A stretch of DNA of 64,000 nt, from contig OY970192.1 of assembly GCA_963708135.1 (NCBI GenBank), forward strand, positions 5,024,001 through 5,088,000, in the 5' to 3' direction. Below are positions 36,862 to 45,467 of the stretch, piece by piece. How positions within the stretch are numbered: position 1 is the stretch's first letter; each line of letters opens with the position of its first letter. The notes under the pieces are model-generated. The model saw nothing but the letters and a program-made list of their open reading frames with translations. It was not told the DNA's origin and did not search any database. This DNA comes from an uncultured Gemmatimonadales bacterium. Its GTDB lineage: Bacteria > Gemmatimonadota > Gemmatimonadetes > Longimicrobiales > RSA9. Position numbers and translations under genes: made by a program.

Positions 36862-37967
36862 GATCCGGACTGGACATCGCCTTCTTCGGCTCGAGCCTCG
36901 TCTCCGCCTACTGGAACGGCGCGGCGACGTACTACCGCGGCATCATCCGCGCGCTCGCCGCCCGCCGCCACCGCGTCACGTTCTACGAGCCCGACGCCTA
37001 CGACCGGCAGAAGCACAGGGACATCCCCGATCCCGACTGGGCCACGGTCGTCGTCTATCCCGGGGTGGGCGAGGACGGCGTGCTGCGCGCGCTGGAGCGC
37101 GCCCGCGGCGCCGACCTCGTGGTCAAGGCCAGCGGCGTCGGCGTCTTCGACGAGCTGCTCGAGCGCGAGGTGCTCTCGCTCCAGTCGTCGCATACGCGCG
37201 TGGCCTTCTGGGACGTGGACGCGCCCGCCACCCTCGACCGCTGCGGCGCGGACCCGGCGGATCCGTTCAACGCCCTCGTCCCGCGCTACGACCTCGTGCT
37301 CACCTACGGCGGCGGCGTGCCGGTGGTGCGCGCGTACGAGGCGCTGGGCGCGCGCTCGTGCGTGCCGATCTACAACGCGCTCGATCCCGACACGCACCGC
37401 CCCGTGCCGCCCGATCCGGCCTTCGAGGCGGACCTCGGGCTGCTGGCCAACCGCCTCCCCGACCGCGAGGCGAGGATCGAGGAGTTCTTCCTGCGGCCCG
37501 CCGCCGCCGCGCCGGAGCGCCGCTTCCTGCTCGGCGGCAACGGCTGGCGGGAGCGGCCGCTGCCCGACAACGTGCGCGCCCTCGGCCACGTCTACACGCG
37601 CGACCACAACGCCTTCAACTGCACGCCGCGCGCGGTGCTGAACGTCAACCGCGAGAGCATGGCGCGCTACGGCTTCTCGCCGCCCACGCGCGTCTTCGAG
37701 GCCGCCGGCGCCGGCGCCTGCCTGATCACCGACGCGTGGGAGGGGATCGAGCTCTTCCTCGAGCCCGGCCGCGAGGTGCTCGTGGCCGAGGATGGCGACG
37801 CCGTGCTCGCCCACCTCGGCGCTCTCGACGCCGCCCGCGCCCGGCGGATCGGCACCGCCGCGCTCCGCCGCATCCGCTCCGAGCACACCTACGCCCACCG
37901 CGCCGCGCAGCTCGAGGCGCTGCTCGATGCCCCCCGCACCCCCACCCCGGAGCTGGCCACGCCGTGA
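36858..37967 (+). CDS. CgeB family glycosyltransferase
   Basis: GSSLVSAYWNGAATYYRG, FWDVDAP.T, FSPPTRVFEAAG.G, HTYAHRA. Confidence 0.85.
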   Translation: MRSGLDIAFFGSSLVSAYWNGAATYYRGIIRALAARRHRVTFYEPDAYDRQKHRDIPDPDWATVVVYPGVGEDGVLRALERARGADLVVKASGVGVFDELLEREVLSLQSSHTRVAFWDVDAPATLDRCGADPADPFNALVPRYDLVLTYGGGVPVVRAYEALGARSCVPIYNALDPDTHRPVPPDPAFEADLGLLANRLPDREARIEEFFLRPAAAAPERRFLLGGNGWRERPLPDNVRALGHVYTRDHNAFNCTPRAVLNVNRESMARYGFSPPTRVFEAAGAGACLITDAWEGIELFLEPGREVLVAEDGDAVLAHLGALDAARARRIGTAALRRIRSEHTYAHRAAQLEALLDAPRTPTPELATP

Positions 37968-39109
37968 GAGAGACCGACGCGATCCTCGACCAGGGCGCCG
38001 CGCATGCCGATGGGCGCCCGCTGGACATCGTCTTCCTCGGCCTGTCGATCACTTCGTCCTGGGGCAACGGCCACGCGACGACCTACCGCGGCCTCATCCG
38101 CGCGCTCGCCGCGCGCGGGCACCGCGTGCTCTTCCTCGAGCGCGACGTGGACTGGTACGCCGGCAACCGCGACATGCCGCGCCCGCCCTTCTGCCGGACC
38201 GAGCTCTACGCCTCGCTCGACGAGCTGCGCGCCCGCTGGACCGGCGCGGTCCGGGAGGCGGACCTGGTCGTCGTCGGCTCCTACGTGCCCGAGGGGATCC
38301 GCGTCGGCGAATGGGTACAGCGCAACGCGCGCGGCGTGACCGCCTTCTACGACATCGACACACCGGTCACGCTCGCCCGCCTCGAGGCCGGGAGCTGCGA
38401 GTACCTGACGCCCGCGCTCGTCGCCGGCTATCAGCTGTACCTCTCCTTCACCGGCGGCCCGACCCTCGAGCGCATCGAGCGCGACTTCGGCTCCCCCGCC
38501 GCCCGCGCGCTCTACTGCGCCGTGGATCCCACGCTCTACTTCCCCGAGGACACGCGCATGCGCTGGGACCTCGGCTACATGGGCACCTACAGCGCGGACC
38601 GGCAGCCGAAGCTCGAGGCCCTGCTGCTCGGCCCCGCGCGGCTGTGGGCCGGCGGCCGGTTCGCCGTCGTCGGGCCGCAGTACCCCGACGGCTTCGAGTG
38701 GCCCCGCAACGTCGAGCGTCGCACTCATCTCGAGCCGAAGCTGCACCGCGGCTTCTACAACGCGCAGCGCTTCACGCTGAACGTCACGCGCGCCGACATG
38801 GTCGCCGCCGGCTTCTCGCCGAGCGTGCGGCTGTTCGAGGCCGCGGCCTGCGGCACCCCGATCGTGAGCGACCGCTGGGACGGCATCGAGGCGATCTTCC
38901 GCCCGGGCGAGGAGATCCTGCTCGCCCGCGACGAGCACGACGTGCTCGCCTTCCTGCTCGACATGACCGATGCCGAGCGGCGCTCCGTGGCCGCGGGCGC
39001 CCGCGCCCGCGTGCTCGCCGCGCACACCGCGGCGCACCGCGCCGCCGCGCTCGAGCGGTACGCCCTCGGCCGCGCCGCGTCGGAGCTCTCGCTGGAGCGC
39101 GCCTCGTGA
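37964..39109 (+). CDS. CgeB family glycosyltransferase
   Basis: GLSITSSWGNGHATTYRG, FYDIDTPVT, SPSVRLFEAAACG, HTAAHRA. Confidence 0.85.
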   Translation: MRETDAILDQGAAHADGRPLDIVFLGLSITSSWGNGHATTYRGLIRALAARGHRVLFLERDVDWYAGNRDMPRPPFCRTELYASLDELRARWTGAVREADLVVVGSYVPEGIRVGEWVQRNARGVTAFYDIDTPVTLARLEAGSCEYLTPALVAGYQLYLSFTGGPTLERIERDFGSPAARALYCAVDPTLYFPEDTRMRWDLGYMGTYSADRQPKLEALLLGPARLWAGGRFAVVGPQYPDGFEWPRNVERRTHLEPKLHRGFYNAQRFTLNVTRADMVAAGFSPSVRLFEAAACGTPIVSDRWDGIEAIFRPGEEILLARDEHDVLAFLLDMTDAERRSVAAGARARVLAAHTAAHRAAALERYALGRAASELSLERAS

Positions 39110-40029
39110 GCACGCGGCACGCTCCGGCGCGCGGGATGGAGTGGCGCCGCACGGAGCCGACGGGCGGAGGCCAGCCCGCGGATGGAGGCGAGCCGGACCG
39201 TGGCGGCCCGGACGGTGGCGCCGGTCCGGCGCGTGGCGCCGGCGCGCGCTCCGGGCGCGCGGCCGACCGGCGCGCGGAGATCGAGCGCCTGGGCCCCTGG
39301 TTCCACAACCTGCACCTGCCGGACGGGGTCCAGACCCGGCCCGACCACCCGCTCGGCGACTTCCCCCGCTTCAAGTGGCAGCAGCTCGCGCCGCACCTGC
39401 CGGCAAGGCTCGATGGCTGGACGGTGCTCGACATCGGCTGCAACGCCGGCTTCTACACGTTCGAGCTCGCGCGCCGCGGGGGCCGCGTGACCGGCATCGA
39501 CGCCGACGCCCGCTACCTGCGCCAGGCGGAGTGGGCCGCGCGCGAGTTCGGCCTCGAGAGCCGCGTGGAGTTCCGCGAGATGCAGATCTACGACCTGGCC
39601 CGGACCGACGAGCGCTGGGACCTCGTGCTCTTCATGGGCGTGCTCTACCACCTGCGCTACCCGCTGCTCGGCCTCGACATCGTCTCCCGGCGGGTCGGCC
39701 GGATGATGGTCTTCCAGACGCTGACCATGGGAGGCGAGGACGTCTACGCCGACCAGGGCGACCGCGACATCACCGAGCGCAGCCGGTTCCTCGCGCCCGG
39801 CTGGCCGAAGATGGCCTTCATCGAGGACCGCTTCGCCGGCGACCCCACCAACTGGTGGGTGCCCAACCACGCCGCCATCGTCGGCATGCTTCGCACCGCC
39901 GGAATGCGCGTGGCCTCGAGGCCCGGCCACGAGATCTACCTCTGCGAGCCGGACCGCTCCGCCTCCACGTTCGTCAACACGCCGGACGCCGAGGAGTACC
40001 TCTCCGCGACCGGGCAGGAGGCACCATGA
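39106..40029 (+). CDS. Class I SAM-dependent methyltransferase (TIGR04290-like)
   Basis: LGPWFHNLHLP, VLDIGCNAGFY, FMGVLYHLRYP, DPTNWW.PN. Start may be 39136. Confidence 0.85.
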   Translation: MSTRHAPARGMEWRRTEPTGGGQPADGGEPDRGGPDGGAGPARGAGARSGRAADRRAEIERLGPWFHNLHLPDGVQTRPDHPLGDFPRFKWQQLAPHLPARLDGWTVLDIGCNAGFYTFELARRGGRVTGIDADARYLRQAEWAAREFGLESRVEFREMQIYDLARTDERWDLVLFMGVLYHLRYPLLGLDIVSRRVGRMMVFQTLTMGGEDVYADQGDRDITERSRFLAPGWPKMAFIEDRFAGDPTNWWVPNHAAIVGMLRTAGMRVASRPGHEIYLCEPDRSASTFVNTPDAEEYLSATGQEAP

Positions 40030-40931
40030 TCGAAGCCGTGAAGTTCTGGAACGAGCCCAACAACCTCTCCCACTGGGACTTCAACAGCGACCCGGAGTGG
40101 CGCGACTTCACCGCCATGACCCGCTTCGCCTCGGAGACCGTGCGCGCGCTGCGGCCCGAGCTGACCCAGGTGCTCGGCGGCATCTCGCCGATCGATCCGG
40201 TCTTCATGGGGCTGCTCCGCGGCTACGGCCTCCTCGAGCGCCTCGACGCCGTCGCCATCCACGGCTTCCCCCTCGACTGGAACCACTGGAAGATCGACGA
40301 GTGGCCCGACAAGGTGGCCGAGATCGAGACCGTCGCCCAACTCCCCGTCTGGATCACCGAGGTCGGCGTCTCCACCTTCGGCGCCGACGAGGTCCAGGTC
40401 TTCGGGCTCCGGCGCACCGCCCGGCTGCTCCTCGACCGCGTCGAGCGCGTCTACTGGTACTCCCTCCTCGACCTGCCCGCCGCCTGGGAGGCGACGACCC
40501 GACACAAGGAGTCCGAGGGCTCCTCCTACTACCGCCACTTCTACATGGGGCTGCTGCGCGAGGACGGCACCCCCAAGCCCGCCGCCGGCCACTTCGACAG
40601 CCGCATGGGCATCTGCCAGTGGTTCCACTACCAGGACCATCGCCTCGACATGGCCGTGAAATGGCTCCGCCGCCTCGGCGTGCGCCGCCTCCGGACCGGC
40701 ATCTCCTGGGCCGACTGGTACCGCGAGGGGTCGAGGGAGTGGTTCGACCGCCAGATGGAGGCGCTCGCCGAGTTCGACACCACCATCACCCTCTGCTTCA
40801 CGCCCCCCTCGCGCGGACGGTGGGAGCACTACACCGCGCCCCCCGTCGACCTCGAGGAGTTCGGCCGCTTCGCGGCGGAGGTGGTGGAGAGGTACGTGCC
40901 GGTGAAGGAGCCCGCGGAGCTGATGGGGTGA
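40026..40931 (+). CDS. Clan GH-A glycoside hydrolase-like protein ('beta-xylosidase'-type), apparently circularly permuted
   Basis: WNEPN at residues 8-12, VAIHGF, PVWITEVG, VYWYSL.DL, HFYMGLLREDGTPKPA. Confidence 0.75.
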   Translation: MIEAVKFWNEPNNLSHWDFNSDPEWRDFTAMTRFASETVRALRPELTQVLGGISPIDPVFMGLLRGYGLLERLDAVAIHGFPLDWNHWKIDEWPDKVAEIETVAQLPVWITEVGVSTFGADEVQVFGLRRTARLLLDRVERVYWYSLLDLPAAWEATTRHKESEGSSYYRHFYMGLLREDGTPKPAAGHFDSRMGICQWFHYQDHRLDMAVKWLRRLGVRRLRTGISWADWYREGSREWFDRQMEALAEFDTTITLCFTPPSRGRWEHYTAPPVDLEEFGRFAAEVVERYVPVKEPAELMG

Positions 40932-41173
40932 GGCGCTGTCTCACCGGCATGCCGCGAACGCGGACATGCTACCTTGCGTCACCGAATAGCCGACCACGAC
41001 AGTCCTCTCTCCGCGCCAGGCTCCGACCAGTAGCCCGGCGACAAGCCCCGCTCCTGCGCCGATCACCGCATCCGGGAGGGTTTGCGGAACCCGCGACACG
41101 TAACGCACGGCCGGACCCGAGTTGTTTCGACCTGCCCCTCATCGCGTTGCGCGCTCCTCTCTCGGGATGTTTG

Positions 41174-41203
41174 TTGACAGGCGCGGAGAGCCGGGACTAC
41201 CGT
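41174..41203 (+). promoter_or_regulatory. Putative sigma70 promoter of the pyrimidine catabolism operon
   Basis: TTGACA (41174-41179) - 18 bp - TACCGT (41198-41203), about 40 bp before the ATG. Confidence 0.45.
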
Positions 41204-41245
41204 TCGCTTCCGACACCTCCGCCACTCTCCCCCGCAGGGGAAACC

Positions 41246-42718
41246 ATGACGCCTGCCGCGACCCTGAAGTACGCGCCGGTCCAGAACCTGATCGGCGGCC
41301 GGCCCGCCGCCTCCGATGCGGCGCTTCTCGATGTCCACGATCCGGGGTGCGGCGAGGTGATCTCGCAGGTCCCGCTGTCTTCCGCAGGCGACGTGGACGC
41401 GGCCGTGCGCGCCGCGCAGCGCGCGCTCCCGGACTGGGCCGCGCTCCCCTTGAAGGAGCGGGTACAGGTCTTCTACCGCTACCGCACGCTGCTCGAGCGC
41501 GAGATCGATGCGCTCTCGGCGCTGGTGACGGAGGAGAACGGCAAGGTGGCCTCCGAGGCCCGGGCGGAGGTGCTGAAGTCCATCGAGCTGACGGAGTTCG
41601 CCTGCTCGCTGCCGCAGATCGCGGCGGGGGAGGTGATGGAGGTGAGCCGGGGGGTGGAGTGCCGCGTCGAGCGGCATCCGGTGGGCGTCGTCGCCTCGAT
41701 CACGCCGTTCAACTTCCCCAACATGGTGCCGAACTGGACGATCCCGAACGCGATCGCGCTGGGCAACTGCATGGTGCTGAAGCCGTCGGAGCTGGTGCCG
41801 CTCTCCGCCAACCGCATCGCGGAGCTGCTGGCGGAGGCGGGGCTGCCGGACGGCGTCTTCAACGTGGTGCACGGCGGCAGGGAGGCCGTGGAGGCGGTGT
41901 GCGACCACCCGGGCATCGCGGCGGTCAGCTTCGTGGGCTCGACGGCCGTGGCGAAGGTGGTCTACCGCCGGGCGACGTCGAGCCTCAAGCGGGCGCTCTG
42001 CCTGGGCGGCGCCAAGAACCACCTCATCGTGCTGCCGGACGCGGACGTCGAGATGGCGTCGTCGAACATCGTCGCCTCCATGTCGGGGTGCGCGGGGCAG
42101 CGCTGCATGGCGGCCGCCGTGATGGTGGCCGTGAGCGACACGGACCGCATCATCGCGCGCATGGTCGAGCACGCCCGGACGCTGGTGCCGGGCCGCGACG
42201 TGGGGCCGGTGGTCTCGCGCGCCGCGCTGGAGCGGATCACCGGTTACATCGACGAGGCGGAGGCCCAGGGCGCCGAGGTGCTGCTGGATGGGCGCGGCGC
42301 CGTGGTGCCGGGCCGCGAGGGCGGCTACTGGATCGGGCCCACGCTGATCGATCACGTCCGGCCGGACATGCGTATCGCGCAGGAGGAGGTGTTCGGCCCG
42401 GTGCTGGTCATCGTGCGGGCGGAGGACGTGGACCAGGCGCTCGAGATCGAGAACGCCTCGCCGTACGGCAACGCGGCGTCGGTGTTCACCGAGAGCGGCG
42501 GCATGGCGCGGCTGGTCACGGAGCGGGCGAGCGCCGGGATGGTGGGCGTCAACGTGGGCGTGCCGGTGCCGCGCGAGCCGTTCTCGTTCGGCGGGTGGAA
42601 CCAGTCGAGGTTCGGGGTCGGCGACGTGACCGGCCGCGGCTCGATCGAGTTCTGGACGCAGTCGAAGAAGACGACGACCAAGTGGAACCGCGAGGCCGGG
42701 GTCAACTGGATGTCGTGA
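41246..42718 (+). CDS. mmsA: CoA-acylating (methyl)malonate-semialdehyde dehydrogenase
   Basis: ITPFNFP.MVP.W, LKPSE, SFVGST, LGGAKNH, GQRCMA, EEVFGPVL, VGVNVGVPVP...FSFGGW. Confidence 0.92.
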   Translation: MTPAATLKYAPVQNLIGGRPAASDAALLDVHDPGCGEVISQVPLSSAGDVDAAVRAAQRALPDWAALPLKERVQVFYRYRTLLEREIDALSALVTEENGKVASEARAEVLKSIELTEFACSLPQIAAGEVMEVSRGVECRVERHPVGVVASITPFNFPNMVPNWTIPNAIALGNCMVLKPSELVPLSANRIAELLAEAGLPDGVFNVVHGGREAVEAVCDHPGIAAVSFVGSTAVAKVVYRRATSSLKRALCLGGAKNHLIVLPDADVEMASSNIVASMSGCAGQRCMAAAVMVAVSDTDRIIARMVEHARTLVPGRDVGPVVSRAALERITGYIDEAEAQGAEVLLDGRGAVVPGREGGYWIGPTLIDHVRPDMRIAQEEVFGPVLVIVRAEDVDQALEIENASPYGNAASVFTESGGMARLVTERASAGMVGVNVGVPVPREPFSFGGWNQSRFGVGDVTGRGSIEFWTQSKKTTTKWNREAGVNWMS

Positions 42719-42798
42719 CGGGGTCGTCCCCGCCGCGAAGAATCGGCCATGCCGGATCCGGCATAGAGGGTTTCACCGCAGATAGGAGGGGCCAACCC

Positions 42799-43941
42799 AT
42801 GCCCGTCAACACATCGGTGATGTTCACCGGCATCGCGTTCGAGAACCCGTTCCTGCTGAGCTCGGCCCCGCCCACGGAGTCGGAGAACAACATCCGGCGC
42901 GCCTTCGACGCGGGTTGGGGCGGCGTCGTGGCCAAGACCATCGGGTTGCATCCGGTGGTGAACGTCTATGGCGCGCGCACCAAGTTCATCCGCACGACGC
43001 CGGAGACAGGCGAGGTCTCCATGCGCAAGCGACCCGGCGCGGCGCTGCACTCGTCGTGGAACTGGGAGCTCATCTCCGACAAGCCACTCGACTGGTGGCT
43101 GCCCGTGCTGCGCCGGCTCAAGGCGGACTACCCGCACAAGGTGCTCATCGCCTCCATCATGGCGGGCTCCGGCAGCGACAGGGAGTTGCGCGCCTGGCAG
43201 GAGCTGGCGGAGGGCTGCCAGGATGCCGGCGTGGACGGGCTCGAGCTCAACTTCTCCTGCCCGCACATGGACCGGAAGGACATGGGCTCCAACATCGGCA
43301 GGGACGAGGGCCTCTGCTCCACGGTGACGGAGGCGGTCAGCGCCGTCGCGAAGGTCCCCGTGTGGTGCAAGCTCACCCCCTCGACCGCCGACATCGTGGC
43401 CGAGGCCGCCGCCTGCTTCCGCGGCGGCGCGGACGCCGTGGTCTCCTCCAACACCTTCCCCGCGCTGCCGCCGATCGACCCCGAGACGCTCGAGTTCGAG
43501 ATCAACGTGGACGGGCTCGTCTCGAGCGGAGGCATGGGCGGGCCGGCCATCCTGCCAATGTCGCTGGCCAACATGGCGCAGATGACGCGCGCGCTGCCCG
43601 GCCGCTCCTTCTCCGGCATCGGCGGCATCAGCGACTTCAGGCAGGCGCTCAGCTATTTCCTGCTGGGCTGCGGCACCGTCCAGGTGTGCACGGCGGCCAT
43701 GCTCGACCAGGCCATCGGCCCCACCGTCATCCGCCGGCTGGTGGACGGGCTCGCCGAGTTCCTGGAGAAGAACGCCGAGCGCGGCTGGACGAGCGTGGAG
43801 GACTTCCGCGGGCTGCGCCGCGACCGCATCGTCGCCCAGTCGGAGATCCGCCGGCCCGAGAAGGCCGACTACCACGGCGGCTACGAGGAGATGGAGGGCT
43901 ACGCCAGGCCCGAGGCGCCCGCCACATCGGAGGCATCATGA
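42799..43941 (+). CDS. preA: Dihydropyrimidine dehydrogenase FMN subunit (PreA-like) without a C-terminal Fe-S domain
   Basis: FENPFLLSSAPPT, GWGGVVAKT, NWELISD, ELNFSCPH, KLTP, SGIGGI, VQVCTA; no CxxCxxCxxxC motif. Confidence 0.88.
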   Translation: MPVNTSVMFTGIAFENPFLLSSAPPTESENNIRRAFDAGWGGVVAKTIGLHPVVNVYGARTKFIRTTPETGEVSMRKRPGAALHSSWNWELISDKPLDWWLPVLRRLKADYPHKVLIASIMAGSGSDRELRAWQELAEGCQDAGVDGLELNFSCPHMDRKDMGSNIGRDEGLCSTVTEAVSAVAKVPVWCKLTPSTADIVAEAAACFRGGADAVVSSNTFPALPPIDPETLEFEINVDGLVSSGGMGGPAILPMSLANMAQMTRALPGRSFSGIGGISDFRQALSYFLLGCGTVQVCTAAMLDQAIGPTVIRRLVDGLAEFLEKNAERGWTSVEDFRGLRRDRIVAQSEIRRPEKADYHGGYEEMEGYARPEAPATSEAS

Positions 43942-45467
43942 GCGCGTACAGCAAAGTGGTTCGCGGCGGGCGGGTGGTCACGCCGGAAGGCGTCGTGGAG
44001 GCGGACGTCGGCATCGACGGCGAGCGCATCGCCGCGGTCGGCCCGGCGCTGGACGCGGGCAACGCGGAGGTCATCGACGCCGCCGGGCACTACGTGCTGC
44101 CGGGCGTGCTCGACGTGCACGTGCACCTCGAGCTGCCCTTCTGCGGCACCGTCTCCGCCGACGACTACCGCACCGGCACGCGCGCGGCGGCGCGCGGCGG
44201 CGTCACCACGCTGATCGACTTCGCCATCCCCTACGCCGGCGAGTCGCTCGGCCAGGCGGCGGACAACTGGCTGAAGAAGGCCGACGGCAGGGCGCTCATC
44301 GACTACACCTTCCACATCTGCATCACCCGCTACGCCGAGCACCGGGACCAGATCCGCGGCATGGTCGAGCGCGGCTTCCCGACCTTCAAGGAGTTCATGA
44401 TCTACGCGTCCGAGGGCTGGCAGTCGGACAATGCGGCGATGTTCGGCACGCTCGAGCAGATGAAGGAGCTCGGTTCGATGCTGCTGGTGCACGCCGAATC
44501 GGCGCGCGTCCTGGACGAGCTCATCGCCCGCTACCACACCCCCGAGATCATGCGCGAGTACGGTGCCCGGCTGCACGCCATGACCCGGCCCAACTTCATC
44601 GAGGCGGAGGCCATCCAGCGCGCCGTCACCTGGGCGGAGGTCACGGACGGACCCCTCTACATCGTGCACATGTCCACCCGCCAGGGCGCCGACATCGTGC
44701 GCGCCGCGCAGGCGCGCGGCGTGCCCGTGCTGGCCGAGACCTGCATCCAGTACCTCGTGCTCGACGACTCCGTGTTCGGCCGCCCCGACGGCCACCTCTT
44801 CGCCTGCTGCCCGCAGCTCAAGACGCCCGCCGACCAGGAGCGGCTCTGGCAGGGCCTGGCGAGCGGCGAGGTCAGCGTGATCTCGACCGACACCTGCACC
44901 TTCACGCGCGAGCAGAAGGCCATGTGGGACGGCGACTGGACGAAGATCCCCATGGGGCTGCCCGGCCTCGAGACGCTGCTGCCGCTCGCCTACACGCACG
45001 GCGTGCTGGGCGGGCGGATGGACATCGAGGAGCTGGTCCGCAAGCTGGCGACGAATCCCGCGCGCATCATGGGCCTCTACCCCCGCAAGGGGGTGATCCA
45101 GCCCGGCGCCGATGCCGACCTGGCCATCATCCACCCCGAGCACAGGATCGCCATCGACCCCGCGACAATGGAGGGCAGCGCCGACTGGAGTCCCTTCGAG
45201 GGCTGGGAGCTGGCCGGCTTCGCCCGCACCACGCTCAGCCGCGGCAATGTGATCGTGGACGACTACGAGGTGGTCGGCAGGGAGGGACGCGGACGCTGGC
45301 TGCCGCGCACATCGGCGGGAGAGCCGGCCCGGGAGGCGGCGGCACGCGGCGCGGCCGCCGGGCAGGGCGCGGCCGCGGCTGCCGGCGCCAGCCAGCCGGC
45401 GCGGCGCGGGAACGGCAATGGCGCGGCGCGGGGCGCGGGTGCGGCTTCGGCGCAGGTGAGCGCTTGA
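43938..45467 (+). CDS. hydA: Dihydropyrimidinase (D-hydantoinase)
   Basis: PG.LDVHVH, GGVTT.IDF, FK.FM.Y, VHAE, YIVH.S, STD.C.F, KIP.G.PG.ET, KG.I.PG.DADL. Confidence 0.93.
   Translation: MSAYSKVVRGGRVVTPEGVVEADVGIDGERIAAVGPALDAGNAEVIDAAGHYVLPGVLDVHVHLELPFCGTVSADDYRTGTRAAARGGVTTLIDFAIPYAGESLGQAADNWLKKADGRALIDYTFHICITRYAEHRDQIRGMVERGFPTFKEFMIYASEGWQSDNAAMFGTLEQMKELGSMLLVHAESARVLDELIARYHTPEIMREYGARLHAMTRPNFIEAEAIQRAVTWAEVTDGPLYIVHMSTRQGADIVRAAQARGVPVLAETCIQYLVLDDSVFGRPDGHLFACCPQLKTPADQERLWQGLASGEVSVISTDTCTFTREQKAMWDGDWTKIPMGLPGLETLLPLAYTHGVLGGRMDIEELVRKLATNPARIMGLYPRKGVIQPGADADLAIIHPEHRIAIDPATMEGSADWSPFEGWELAGFARTTLSRGNVIVDDYEVVGREGRGRWLPRTSAGEPAREAAARGAAAGQGAAAAAGASQPARRGNGNGAARGAGAASAQVSA

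Noticed and set aside
40932..41245. Riboswitch in the leader of the pyrimidine operon
   Set aside because: No aptamer consensus recognisable by eye, and the likely promoter is only about 40 bp from the ATG.
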